Source: Dendrobates tinctorius (taxonomy: Eukaryota). From it: a stretch of DNA of 64,000 nt. How positions within the stretch are numbered: the stretch's first letter is position 1; every line of letters starts with the position of its first letter. The notes under the pieces are model-generated. The model searched no databases, was not told the DNA's origin, and saw nothing but the letters and a program-made list of their open reading frames with translations. The stretch lies in NCBI RefSeq assembly GCF_039654945.1, contig NW_027361819.1:5518001-5582000 (forward strand), read 5' to 3'. This document shows positions 12,266 to 25,692 of this stretch, one piece after another. The translations under genes and the position numbers were made by a program.

Positions 12266-14474
12266 GGCGGCACCGAGGTCCACCTTCCGCTCACGAGGGC
12301 TCCGGATATTCCTAAGATTGGCCCTAACAATCCAGGGTCAGACCTTGCCCCAAGTGTTGGAGATCCTTATACACGGAAGAGGCACTGAGGTTACATACAT
12401 CCAGGGGCCACGGATCAGTAATGTGGATCCCTATACACCAAGGTCAATGTCCAGGGTCAGCGCAGGTGATGGCGGAGTACCCAGGCTCCGCAGGCCGTCA
12501 GTAGCAGATGCTGGGAGCTCAGGTCCTGATGTCGGCTTTGCCGCCCCTGGAATGTGAACAGGTGTATGACTGCAGTTTCACCTGAGAAGCTGAACAACCT
12601 GTTCCTGAGCAGCGCTCCTCCCCTGCTCCCTCCCTACCTGGGAAGGCAATGCTGCAATGATTGTCAGCTCTGGGGCGAGAACGATGCCAGTCCTGGAGTC
12701 CTTCTCTTCTGTCTAGTTGTCTTCAGATGTTTCTTAGTTGGATCCATTTTTGCAAAAATAGGTTGAAAACCATTATGACCAGTATTACTAGACGTAACTG
12801 AAGCGAGTTGCAGGACTCTGCTCAGTTGCCCGTGGCCGCCAGTTGGGAGCCGTGTGAGTCGCCTGCTGGCGGCCATGGCTCCTCTTATGATGCACAGCCA
12901 TGCACCAGACCTGCTAATAAAAGAGGAGCTGGGGATGACAGTGGGTCGGTAACAGTTCACAGGGTAATTAGCGCTTCGCAGGGTCACGGAGTACCGCTGA
13001 AGCAGCGGCATCAGGTCCTGCTAATCGAGTTCGCTCATCTCTCGCCATTACAGCTCCTACGATGCACCCGATGCCCCCCGAATTATCGGGTGATTAGCAG
13101 TATGGCTTCGTTCTAGTCTCCCTCCGGGGTGCACTGAGTTTTCACATTTCCTTTCATAACCAGACATACCAAAATAGTGTAGATTTGCCTTTCAGGACCT
13201 CAGGAAAGCTGGGTGACGTGGTTACAAAAGCTGTTCATGCAGAACATTTAAGGACCAAAGGATCAGAAATTGACCATCGTCCGTAGTTCAGACAATGAGG
13301 TTTTCTTTCCGCCCTCGTTTGGTCACATTTTACAAAGAAGTGGTCATTTCACTGTCTGCAAATGACTGTAACTGGAGACCTAAGTTATCCCGATCAGACT
13401 CTCCGTCACCGAACAGCCGCCATTACCCGCGGGACTGATCCTACCATCCGCCACAATTCGGGGATTTCCTATAACCTTCATTTCTCGAAAAGCTGGGTGA
13501 CAAGCAATGCGGCCCCCAGACTAGTCAGAAGCGACTGGTTATACTGGAGATGCGCCTCCATAATCCCGAGTCTGGGAGACACAGGTGAGCGGCTCTAGAA
13601 TAAAGCCCAGTATTCTTGGATTATTTGCTGTTTGGGTTGTGCCCGGCAGGGGGCGGGGTCTGTGGACATTCACACAGGTGAAGGTGTCCCTGGTTCCTGT
13701 GGCCCTCATTGTCAGAGCTCAGATAACGGCGTTTGCTTTGTCCCCGGCTTGTTTCACTCTATTGTAGGTTTATCATTAACTCCTGTATTCTTCTTCTCAA
13801 GTTTCCAGATTCCAATCACTGGCGGAAACTTCCTTCATTGCTGTGTCGCACATTTTACGGGTCACAAGGCTGGAACGTCAGAAAAACGAAAACCTCCTGT
13901 TGCAAAATTTCCACCAATTTTTGCAGCTTTACGATGCGTGTAAGAGCCTACAGAAATCTAATGGCACGCCGCCATGCTGTGTAGAGAGTCCTGACTGGAG
14001 TCCAGTGGGCGGTCCTTCTTTGAGTAATTTTTCAACGCTTAATGACCATGTGCTCACAACCCGGGGGGGGGGGTTCGCCTTGTAGGTACAAGATCCACCA
14101 TGAACATGATTGAATATCTGCTGTATCTTATTGGACTTTACCAGGCTCCTGTCCTTCTCCAGGGTCAGCAACAATCCAGCGCCCCTGTCTGTACCGCGAC
14201 TGAAGGTCTATACAAATGCCGAAAAAGAGAAAAGTAACCCATCCTTAAAGGGATACACAAGTAATGGCTAATTCAAGGTCATGGCCCGTGGTCTCCAGGT
14301 AGCCATGCAGTAACACAGGCCCCAGTGTTTGTCGCGGCCCGGGAGCGGCTGTGCAGCTTTCGCTCTTCACAATGGCCTCTGTGTTCTTTGGCTCAATAAC
14401 AAAATAAAGTGACACTTAATCCTCAGGAGCATAATACTCAACGCAGCGAGAACCCTGTAATAACACCGCATACA

Positions 14475-16978
14475 CCACACTACCAGCCACGTATACCACC
14501 GACCAGCCACGTATACCACCGACCAGCCACATAGATCACCGACCAGCCAAAGAGACCACCGACCAACCAGAGATCACAGACCAGCCAAAGAGACCACCGA
14601 CCAACTACAGAGATCACCGACCAACCACAGAGATCACCGACCAGCCACAGAGATCACCGACCAGCCACACAGATCACCGACCAGCCACACAGATCACCGA
14701 CCAGCCACATAGATCACCGACCAGCCACATAGATCACCGACCAGCCACATAGATCACCGACCAGCCAAAGAGACTACCGACCAACCAGAGATCACCGACC
14801 AGCCAAAGAGACCACCGACCAACCACAGAGATCACTGACTAGCCAGAGATCACGACCTACCACAGAGATCACCGACCAGCCACGTATATCACCGACCAGC
14901 CAAAGAGATCACCGACCAGCCACATAGATCACCGTCCAGCCAAAGAGACCACCGACCAACCACAGAGATCACTGACTAGCCAGAGATCACCGACCAGCCA
15001 AAGAGATCACTGACCAGCAACATAGATCACCGACCAGCCATAGATCACCGACCAGCCAAAGAGATCACCGACCAGCCACATAGATCACCGACCAGCCAAA
15101 GAGACCACCAACCAACTTGAAAATTGATAACATCAGGGACAGTTTTGGTCAACAACCCCCAGAGCCCTTCCTCCCGACTTCCCAGCCCTCCACCTTCAAA
15201 ACCAACTTCTCCACCATTACAGAAGATCGACTCTCCACTCTACTCTCAAGATCACATCTCACCACCTGTGCACTCGACCCGATCCCATCCCACTTCATCC
15301 CAAACCTCACCACAGTCTTCATCCCAACCCTAACCCATCTCTTCAACCTATCACTAACAACTGGTGTTTTCCCCTCAAGCTTTAAACATGCCTCCATCAC
15401 ACCTATCCTCAAAAAGCCCTCTCTTGACCCATCCTCTGTATCTAGCTATCACCCTATATCACTTCTCCCATACGCCTCCAAGCTACTGGAACAACACGTC
15501 TACCTTGAACTGTCCTCCCATCTCTCTTCTTGCTCCCTCTTCGACCGCTTACAATCTGGCTTCCGGTCACACCACTCCACTGAAACTGCCCTTACTAAGG
15601 TCACCAATGACCTCTTAACTGCCAAGAGCAAGCGACACTACTCTGTCCTCCTCCTCCTGGACCTGTCGGCTGCCTTTGACACAGTGGACCATTCCCTATT
15701 ATTACAGACCCTCTCATCCCTCGGCATCACAGACTTGGCCCTCTCCTGGATCTCATCATACCTAACAGACCGGACATTCAGCGTCTCCCACTCACACACC
15801 ACCTCCTCACCTCGCCCCCTATCTGTCGGAGTCCCACAAGGTTCAGTCCTAGGGCCCCTGCTGTTCTCTATTTACACCTTTGGCCTGGGACAGCTCATAG
15901 AATCTCATGGCTTTCAGTATCATCTTTATGCTGATGACACACAGATCTACATCTCTGGACCAGATATCACCTCCCTACTAACCAGAATCCCTCAATGTCT
16001 GTCCACTATTTCATCCTTCTTCTCCACTAGATATCTGAAACTCAACATGGACAAAACAGAATTCATCATCTTTCCCCCATCTCACGTGACCCCCCCTACG
16101 AACCTATCAATTACAGTAAATGACTGCCCACTCTCCCCAGTCCCACAAGCTCGCTGCCTCGGAGTAATCCTTGACGCTGATCTCTCCTTCAAACCACATA
16201 TCCAAACCCTTTCCACTTCCTGCCGACTTCAACTCAAAAATATTTCACGCATCCGTTCATTCCTCACCCAAGAATCTGCAAAAACCCTAGTCCATGCCCT
16301 CATCATCTCTCGCCTTGACTACTGCAACCTCATGCTCTGCGGCCTCCCCTCAAACACTCTCGCACCCCTCCAATCTATTCTAAACTCTGCTGCCCGACTA
16401 ATCCACCTGTCCCCCCGCTATTCCCCAGCTTCTCCCCTCTGTCAATCCCTTCACTGGCTCCCAATTGCCCAGAGACTCCATTACAAAACCCTAACCATGA
16501 CATACAAAGCCATCCACAACTTGTCTCCTCCATACATCTGTGACCTCGTCTCCCGGTACTTTCCTGCACGCAACCTCCGATCCTCTCAAGATCTCCTTCT
16601 CTACTCCCCTCTTATCTCCTCTTCCCACAATCGCATACAAGATTTCTCTCGCGCATCACCCCTACTCTGGAACTCTCTACCACAACATATCAGACTCTCA
16701 CCTACCATCGAAACCTTCAAAAAGAGCCTGAAGACCCACCTCTTCCGACAAGCCTATAACCTGCAGTAACCACCGATCGACCAAACCGCTGCACGACCAG
16801 CTCTACCCTCGCCTACTGTATTATCACCCATCCCTTGAAGATTGTGAGCCCTCGCGGGCAGGGTCCTCTCTCCTCCTGTACCAGTTATGACTTGTATTGT
16901 TTAAGATTATTGTACTTGTTTTTATGTATACCCCCCTCACATGTAAAGCGCCATGGAATAAATGGCGCTATAACAATA

Positions 16979-17011
<33 letters not shown>

Positions 17012-18033
17012 CAACCACAGAGATCACTGACTAGCCAGAGATCACTGACCAGCCACGTATATCACTGACCAGCCAAAGAGATCACCGACCAGCCACATAG
17101 ATCACCGACCAGCCACACAGATCACCGACCAGCCACATAGATCACCGACCAGCCACATAGATCACTGACCAGCCACATAGATCACCGACCAGCCACATAG
17201 ATCACCGACCAGCCAAAGAGACTACCGACCAACCAGAGATCACCGACCAGCCAAAGAGATCACCGACCAGCCAAAGAGACCACCGACCAACCACAGAGAT
17301 CACTGACTAGCCAGAGATCACGACCTACCACAGAGATCACCGACCAGCCACGTATATCACCGACCAGCCAAAGAGATCACCGACCAGCCACATAGATCAC
17401 CGTCCAGCCAAAGAGACCACCGACCAACCACAGAGATCACTGACTAGCCAGAGATCACCGACCAGCCAAAGAGATCACTGACCAGCAACATAGATCACCG
17501 ACCAGCCATAGATCACCGACCAGCCAAAGAGATCACCGACCAGCCACATAGATCACCGACCAGCCAAAGAGACCACCAACCAACCACAGAGATCACTGAT
17601 TAGCCAGAGATCACTGACCAGCCACATAGATCACTGACCAGCCAAAGAGACCATCGACCAACCAGAGATCACTGACTAGCCAGAGATCACGACCTACCAC
17701 AGAGATCACCGACCAGCCACGTATATCACCGACCAGCCAAAGAGATCACCGACCAGCCACATAGATCACCGTCCAGCCAAAGAGACCACCGACCAACCAC
17801 AGAGATCACTGACTAGCCAGAGATCACCGACCAGCCAAAGAGATCACTGACCAGCAACATAGATCACCGACCAGCCATAGATCACCGACCAGCCAAAGAG
17901 ATCACCGACCAGCCACATAGATCACCGACCAGCCAAAGAGACCACCAACCAACCACAGAGATCACTGACTAGCCAGAGATCACTGACCAGCCACATAGAT
18001 CACCGACCAGCCAAAGAGATCACCGACCAACCA
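14475..18033. repeat. ~20-bp minisatellite with ~370-bp higher-order blocks, split by an L2
   Basis: Unit GATCACCGACCAGCCA(CATA/AAGA); a diagnostic variant block recurs at ~14848, ~17316 and ~17686. Confidence 0.93.
15117..17010 (+). mobile_element. L2 LINE, 5'-truncated, with uninterrupted 550-codon ORF2 RT portion (15117-16769)
   Basis: RT motifs [35 protein letters not shown] and SRLDYCN; (TAA)n tail 16976-17010; probable TSD AACCAAC. Confidence 0.95.
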
Positions 18034-18289
18034 CGTCATCTAAATGTTATCATCTGGAATCAAAAACGCTGCTGATGCAACTTCCATCTAATTACCGAAA
18101 AAAGTCCAATTTAATATTACGTGTCCCACAATGCACTGCTGCAGCCTCTGATCTGTAGAACTGTTCATTCTGAGCCTCCTGGTTCATGAAGAGAAAACCT
18201 AAACGCCAGTGAAGCCTGACAGCGATACAGAAAAATGCATGAGCATCAAGAGGTTTTGCAGATTTTCTTGCCATTTTGTACGTGTGGCA

Positions 18290-18960
18290 GTGAGACCCTC
18301 TGTAGACGATGTACTTGGTGGTTGTTATCCAGCGTCACATAGCAGACCAGTATAACCCATGCATCACTCATGGGCTCCTGGATGTTGTGACATTGGTTTC
18401 GCCAACATCACATAGTAGACCAGGATCACTCATGGAGGCTTCAGGAGCTGTTGTGACATTAGTTTGTCCCAGACAGAATGAGACCATCTGTAGGTGATGC
18501 ACTTGGTGGTTATATTCCAGCATCACATAGAAAACTTGTAGAATTATCTCGGGGGCTTCTGGTTGTCTTACACCTGGTTGGTTTGTTCCAGGCAGTGTGA
18601 GACCATCTGTGGATTATGTACTTGGTGGTTGTTTTCCAGAATCACACAGCAGACTGGTATCACTCTAGGAAGATTCCAGGGGCTACTGGATGTTGTGGCA
18701 TTGGTTTTCCCCAGGCAGGGTGAGACCCTTTGCGGGCAACATACTTGGTAGTTGTTTTCCAGCATCACATAGCAGACCAATATAACTCATGGATAACTTA
18801 GGGGCTGTTTTAACATCGGTTTGAACCAGACATTGGTTTGACCCTTCTGTGGGCGATGTACTTGATGGTTGTTTTCTCGCATCACGTAGCACACCAGTAT
18901 AACTCATGCACAACATGGGGGTTGCTGGATGTTGTGACACTAGTTTGTTCCAGGCTGGTA
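18290..18960. repeat. Diverged ~120-bp tandem repeat (5-6 units)
   Basis: GAGACC(A/C)TCTGT..GATGTACTTGGTGGTTGTT.TCCAGCATCACATAG recurs at ~18293, 18480, 18599, 18722 and 18840. Confidence 0.8.
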
Positions 18961-20799
18961 GTTGGGGCACCCGCTGATGCATGCATCCAGGGCCCATCCC
19001 ATGTCATTGGAGAAGTATCACCATCATCCAAGTACGACTTTTCCATGTCATTTCAACAGTCAGAGTTGTCAGGCCAGAAACCGCCACACCTAGGTTACAC
19101 AACAGCTGGCAGCTAAGTAGATTCCTGAGATCTGACAAATTCTGGGAAAGGAGGTGACCTGATGACATCACTGATCCAGAATCCCGTCTTCTGCGTCCAT
19201 CACCAGCAGAGTCATAGACGTTTCTGTAGTATGTGTATAAGTGGTGACATAATAACTGAGACATGACATAGTTTGCCTTCAATGGATACAAACTCGATAT
19301 CCTATAACCAAAATCGGCCCCCAAAGAGCCAACAGGAGCAAACGGAAGTGATACAAGACTTTCCCTGTTTCTTATGATCTCAGATGAAGGAAGTCCTGTG
19401 CCCACCATCTCCGTTCCAAGGTATCGCCCACATGGCTGTCTAGTTTTTATGGCCGTGCCACTAGTGACGAAATACTGTGAAAAGCACTGATGTCAATGTG
19501 TCAGATCATGCGAAACCTTCTTGCCAGTTCCAACCATTTTCTAGGTGACTTGTCTTTGTTGATGTGTCTTTAGGATTCGTGCTTTAGAAGACGATGCCAT
19601 AAGTTAAAATGACAAATTGCAGATTGATTGTTCCCCGTTCTGGTCTGAGCGTCTACTGATGGGATGCAGACGTTTGTACTCAAATGCAAATCCAACATCA
19701 TGGATGGACCTTTCGACAGATCTACTGTTAACAACCATCACACTTGCTGGTGTCACAGAAAAGTGCCGAATGTTGGCAGAAAATGGTCAAAATTGGACAT
19801 TCAAAATCTGTAGTGCACGGGCAGGTTTAGACCACGCTGATGTCCATCTGGTGAGATCTACGGACGCGTCACTTGCAGTCTCACTGGATACAGGTCTTAC
19901 AGTAGAATAGCAGCCGCTGTTTGAGGGCTATGATTAAATACACCATCTTTTCACCCTCCTGGATTTTTGTTTTCCTAGGAGTAAGTGGAGGAGCAGCCAC
20001 ATCCCTATTCACGCACGAGCTACACGCTTACTGTAGAACTGTGCCTGATCCCATGCATAACCTCATTCGGTGACCATCCGTCTATCCTGTGGGATGTACG
20101 GTTACTTGCAGTCCTCCACCATGGAGCGCTTTTCCTTGGTGGAACACGATGGCGGTGTGAGGGTAATCTTCTCCTAGGGAAATGAGGCGCCCATTACCTG
20201 TGAAGAGATGGATATAGCATTTCACTCTCCACATCATGACATTTAGATATGATAGGTGGTCACTGGGGTTGAATATTTTGGCCTCCGTAAGGCTGGGGCT
20301 GTCACGTTGTTTTGGTATCCTATGGCGTAGTGTTGTAAGACAGAGCGACAAACGTATCCAGATTTGCTCCAGTCAAAAATAGCTGCGCATCAGCAGTTTG
20401 CACAAATGTTTCTGGTCGTGTGAGTAATCTGGTAATTGCTGTCGCGTGACAAGTGTAGACCTAGCCTAAACGTCGAGAACAATAGGTCCTAGTTCTTGGT
20501 GAACACTGAAAATAATTGCGTAATATTGAAACAGCTAAATGTCCTCATAAGCGGCCCCTTATATCCACCATGAGCAGGGGTCAGGATCACCATAAAAGGT
20601 GTTTACATGGACAACCTACCAGTAAGTGATATGTGGGTTTAGTCTACTGAGCAGAACGAGACTCATCACATATCAGTGACGATCTGCAGGGTTATCGGAA
20701 CACGATCCTCTTTTGAATGGGAATGTCCTCAAAATGTCTTCATTCTGTCTCTTTTTCAGCTGCAATCCATTAGCTTGATAAAAAAAAAACGTAGTCTGC

Positions 20800-23703
20800 T
20801 CGACTAAAAAAACCCCGAATAATCTCTAACCTCTAATCTTATTAATATTCCCTGCCTGCCATCTGTCTCTCTTAATTGTGCCCTTTGGAATTCTCGCTCA
20901 GTGTGTAACAAACTCTCCTTCACTCATGACTTCTTCCTTTCTAATTCTCTTAACCTCCTGGCTCTTACTGAAACCTGGATCCAGCAGACACTACCGCTGA
21001 TGCTGCTCTTTCATACGGGGGACTACACTTCTCTCATACCCCAAGATCAGACAATAGAGCAGGTGGAGGAGACGTTGGTCTGCTCCTATCACCAAAATGA
21101 ACCTTTCAGGTTATCCCTCAACTACCCTCACTAGTCTTCCCTTCTTTTGAGGTCCATGCCGTCAGACTCTACACCCCCTCCATGCGAGTGGTGGTGGTGT
21201 ATCGTCCTCCCATCAGTTCCTGGATCATTTTGCCACTTGGCTTCCACATTTTTCTCTCCTGACATCCCTACCCTCATCATGGGAGATTTCAACATCCCCA
21301 TTGCTCTTCCCCTCTCCCCATCTGCTACTCACCTTTTATCTCTAACCTCCTCGTTTGGCCTTTCGCAGCTTACTAATTCTCCAACGCATGAAGGCGGAAA
21401 CTCCCTCGACTTCGTCTTCTCTCGGCTTTGTACAGTGGATGATTTTGCAAACTCCCCTCTCCCGCTCTCTGACCACAACCTTCTTTCATTCTCTATCAAG
21501 AACTGCCAGGCTGCTCAGGTCACCCCCACTGTCCAGACTTATAGAAACATACAGGCCATTAACACCCAGAAACTTACAAAGAACTTGCAGTCTTCAATGG
21601 CCCCTATCTCCTCCCTCTCATGTCCTGATTCTGCATTGAATCAACCCGAGTACAGGCCCCAACCACGGAGCTCCGAGTTGACAATCTGGCCAATTACTTA
21701 AAAAAAAAAAAATGACCAGATCTGACAGGAAATTATCTCCCAATCCCCTCATACCATGCACTGTCCTCCCTCCCCACTGCATCTAGCTCACCCTCTGATT
21801 TTGAACCAGTCACAGAAGTGATCAGGCTCCTTGCATCTTCTCGCCCAACCACTTGCACCAGTGACCCATTTCTGTCACATCTCCTCCAGTCCCTTTCCCC
21901 TGCTGTCACCCCTCACCTAACTAAAATATTTAACCTCTCTCTCTCTTCTGGTATCTTTCCCTCCTCATTTAAGCATGCCATCATACATCCACTACTTAAA
22001 AAACCATCCCTCGACCAAAACTGTGCCGCTAACTATAGACCTGTCTGTAATCTTCTCTTCATCTCTAAACTCCTGGAACGCCTGGTCCACTCCCGTCTTA
22101 TCCGCTATCTCTCAGATAATTCTCTTCTCGACCCTCTCCAATCCGGTTTCCGCTCTTTACACTCTACTGAAACTGCACTCGCTAAAGTCTCTAATGATCT
22201 ACTAACAGCTAAATCTAATGGTCATTACTCCATGCTAATTCTCTTGGATCTCTCTGCAGCATTCGACACTGTGGATCATCAGCTCCTCCTCACTATGCTC
22301 CGTTCCATTGGCCTCAAGGACACCGTTCTCTCCTGGTTCTCCTCCAATCTGACCGCTCCTTTACTGTATCTTTTACTGTTCCTCCTCCGCTCACCTTCCC
22401 CTTACTATTGGGGTTCCTCAAGGATCGGTTCTAGGCCCCCTGCTCTTCTCCTTGTACACTGCCCCTATTGGTCAAACAATCAGTAGATTTGGTTTCCAGT
22501 ACCATCTCTATGCTGATGACACCCAACTATACGCTTCTTCTCCTGACATCACGCCAGCCTTTCTAGAAAACACCGGCGATTGTCTAAACGCTGTGTCTAA
22601 TATCATGTCCTCACTATATCTGAAACTGAACCTCTCAAAGACTGAACTCCTGGTGTTTCCTCCCTCTACTAATGTACCTATACCCGACATTGCCATTTCC
22701 GTGTGTGGTTCCACTATTACTCCCCAGCAACAGGCCCGCTGTCTTGGGGTCATACTTGACTCTGAGCTTTCCTTTGCCCCCCACATTCGATCACTGGCTC
22801 GCTCTTGTTATCTGCGCCTCAAAAACATTTCTAGAATTCGACCTTTTCTTACTTTTGACTCCGCAAAAACTCTTACTGTTTCTCTTATTCATTCTCGTCT
22901 CGACTATTGTAACTCTCTTCTAATCGGTCTCCCTCTTACCAAACTCTCCCCCCTCCAATCTGTCTTGAATGCTGCAGCCAGGATCATATTCCTCACCAAT
23001 CGTTACACCGATGCCTCTACCTTGTGCCAGTCATTACACTGGCTACCCATCCACTCCAGAATTCAGTATAAACTTATTACCCTCACCCACAAAGCCCTCC
23101 ATGGCTCAGCACCACCCTACATCTCCTCCCTTGTTTCAGTATACCACCCTACCCGTGCCCTCCGTTCTGCTGATGACCTGAGGTTAACATCCTCAATAAT
23201 CAGAACCTCCCGTCTCCAAGACTTTACACATGCTGCGCCAATTCTTTGGAATGCACTTCCCAGGTCAATACGATTAGTCCCCAATCCCCACAGTTTTATA
23301 AGTGCCCTGAAAACTTTATTCAGACTGGCCTACCGCCTAAACACATTAACCTAACTATCCCGGTGTGGCACAGCCAAAAGTTTTACCATAACCAGGTTCC
23401 CCGTATCATGTTCCCACATGCTTTATGCATCCATTAGTTCTCTGCGTCTGTACTGTTACACACTTAACATTATGGCTGGTCCATACAATCAGGGCCACTG
23501 TTACCACCCACCTTTCGTGTCTCCCTCTTTCCTCATAGATTGTAAGCTTGCGAGCAGGGCCCTCAATCCTCTTGGTATCTGTAATGATCTATGTGATTAT
23601 TGTTATGCTGTAATGTCTATTGTCTGTACAAATCCCCTCTGAAATGTAAAGTGCTGCGGAATATGTCAGCGCTATAGAAATAAAATTTATTATTTATTAT
23701 TAG
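20800..23703 (+). mobile_element. L2 LINE (second family): APE endonuclease plus RT, frameshifted and internally deleted
   Basis: [42 protein letters not shown] and YADDTQ lie in different frames; AT-rich tail at ~23680-23703. Confidence 0.93.
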
Positions 23704-25191
23704 CATTATGGATGACCATCAGATGTCATTCATTAATGGGTCTTTTCAGCACTGCACACGCCTAGAATAATAGAGGTGACAGAGACACATCTGGTAAAAA
23801 CAAAACCGTTACAGAGAGAACAAAAATGTTTGCTTTCTGTCTTGTGTGGACTCAGACAATTGATTTGCTTGGCCGCATGACTTACTGTCGTTTTAATTTT
23901 TAAATGTTTATTTTACCTTTTGCGGCACTTGAACGCTTTCACTTTTTGGTTTCCTGTGCGCAGCACAGTTAGCATTCCTCCTTTCTTGGGGAAGAAATAA
24001 GTGTTTGCTCTGGGAAGAAAGTATCTGACACTTTGTGCTTGAAGTGAAGCTTCGCCTCTTCTTGGTTTTGGTCCTCACCACGCAGCCTGGGATTAATGCC
24101 GCTCTCCCTCTTTGTGCTCAGTTTTTTATTATTTACTTGGTTTCAGTTTCGAGATCATGTTTTTCTTTCTAACTATTTAGCAGGTTTCAGCCGAAGAGGT
24201 TCAGGAGGAAGGAACAACCTCAGTCATAGAGAAAAATTAAAATCCAAAAAGACATCTCCAGAGACGGGACATATCACCCTGACATAGAACATATAGGATT
24301 AATTATAGCTGGGAAAGAAACTAATAACTAGGGAAGTGAGAAAGAACCAACACTTCAACCTCAGCTGAAGTAGGTGCCTTCTGCAGTGAACAGGTAACGG
24401 AGACAGATTTGCTCTGGGAAAGAGACACCCAGACTGAGAATAGTTTACGCAGAGGTGGGGAAGTACGCTTAACCAGACACAAGCTTCCTCTGATCAAAGC
24501 ATGGCTCTGAGACTTTTTGGAGCCAGTGATGAATATTGGGGTTTGCATCGATCCAATATTTATGGGAGATATAATTTCGGCACCAAGGGATGAACATAAC
24601 GCATTCACTGCCATCACCCCTTCAACTTGATATTAGTCCAATGGATGATGTATCCATGCCATATTTCATCCCTATAGACAGGTAAAATCATAAGAAACAT
24701 GACAAGAACATCTACCGTCTGGGACCTCATAAAGTTCTAACTGACCCCTAGCACATCCCACATGTAGACGTAACCTTGATCTAATAAAAAGAAGAAATTG
24801 GGTATTTGTATTTTGACAGTCCTGTAAGGTACAGCTTGATGTGAGTTCTGTCCTTTTTCCCAACAAGTACCTCCCTCTGCTAAGCATTGAGCCATTGTTG
24901 TGACATCAGGTTTAGTCATTTTCTTTGATGATCCCTTTTATTTTATGTAATTGTACATGCTGTATTGTTTTGTTCCCATTTTGTATCATCTTTTTATATT
25001 TTTTATAAACACTGCCTACTTTTCAGATTAAATAAAATATAATAGCTCTGTTCCTCTTGTTCTGCAAACCGCACCCCTGAAGCCATATGCTGCCTGTAAC
25101 GGGTGTTCAATTGGCCTGTATAAATAATCGGTGGTGGCAGCGAGTAGTTCTTTTGTTATTGTGGAGTTGGTTATGACCGTACCGAGATATA

Positions 25192-25274
25192 TATATTGCT
25201 CAAAAAAATAAAGGGAACACATCCTAGTACATTGTGTTGGTTAAGTGTTCCCTTTATTTTTTTGAGCAGTATAT
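25192..25274. mobile_element. Minimal Tc1-type MITE (two TIRs with ~22-bp spacer)
   Basis: TATATTGCTCAAAAAAATAAAGGGAACAC / GTGTTCCCTTTATTTTTTTGAGCAGTATA; TA-flanked. Confidence 0.8.
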
Positions 25275-25310
25275 ATTCCATATGTTGGAATCGGAGGTGT
25301 ATATACCATA

Positions 25311-25692
25311 ATAGGAAAAAAAAAAAAAGTTCCAGCGCCAGGAATGGAAAATTAAAAATCCATTTTATTGTGCCATTGCATATTAAAATTCCAGCAGGTA
25401 CAGCATATCTGTCGGATGACTACAGAACAACGCGTTTCATGTCTTGAACATGATTAAGACCTGAGGCGTCGAAACGCGTTGTTCTGTAGTCATCCGACAG
25501 ATATGCTGTACCTGCTGGAATTTTAATATGCAATGGCACAATAAAATGGATTTTTAATTTTCCATTCCTGGCGCTGGAACTTTTTTTTTTTTTTTTCCTA
25601 TTATTGATTGACTGCCTAGTCAAATCCGTGCGCAGGATCTGGATCCTACCAGCAAGGCAGTGCGGTGAGCTGGATTAATTTCTCTTTTTTTA
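25311..25692 (+). mobile_element. Penelope-like retroelement remnant (inverted pseudo-LTR fold-back)
   Basis: ~130-bp arms 25308-25438 and 25471-25604, identical apart from the A-run length; 13-bp TSD TGTATATACCATA (25298-25310 and 25693-25705); GTCGAAACGCGT motif. Family assignment is inference. Confidence 0.65.

Noticed and set aside
12400-13120. Possible LINE ORF1 5' remnant or upstream gene
   Set aside because: No recognisable motif; short ORFs with stops.
13480-13562. Alternative prss8 first exon (MEAHLQ...ALLVTQL)
   Set aside because: Runs into a stop with no good donor; the 12265 start has better Kozak context, donor and phase.
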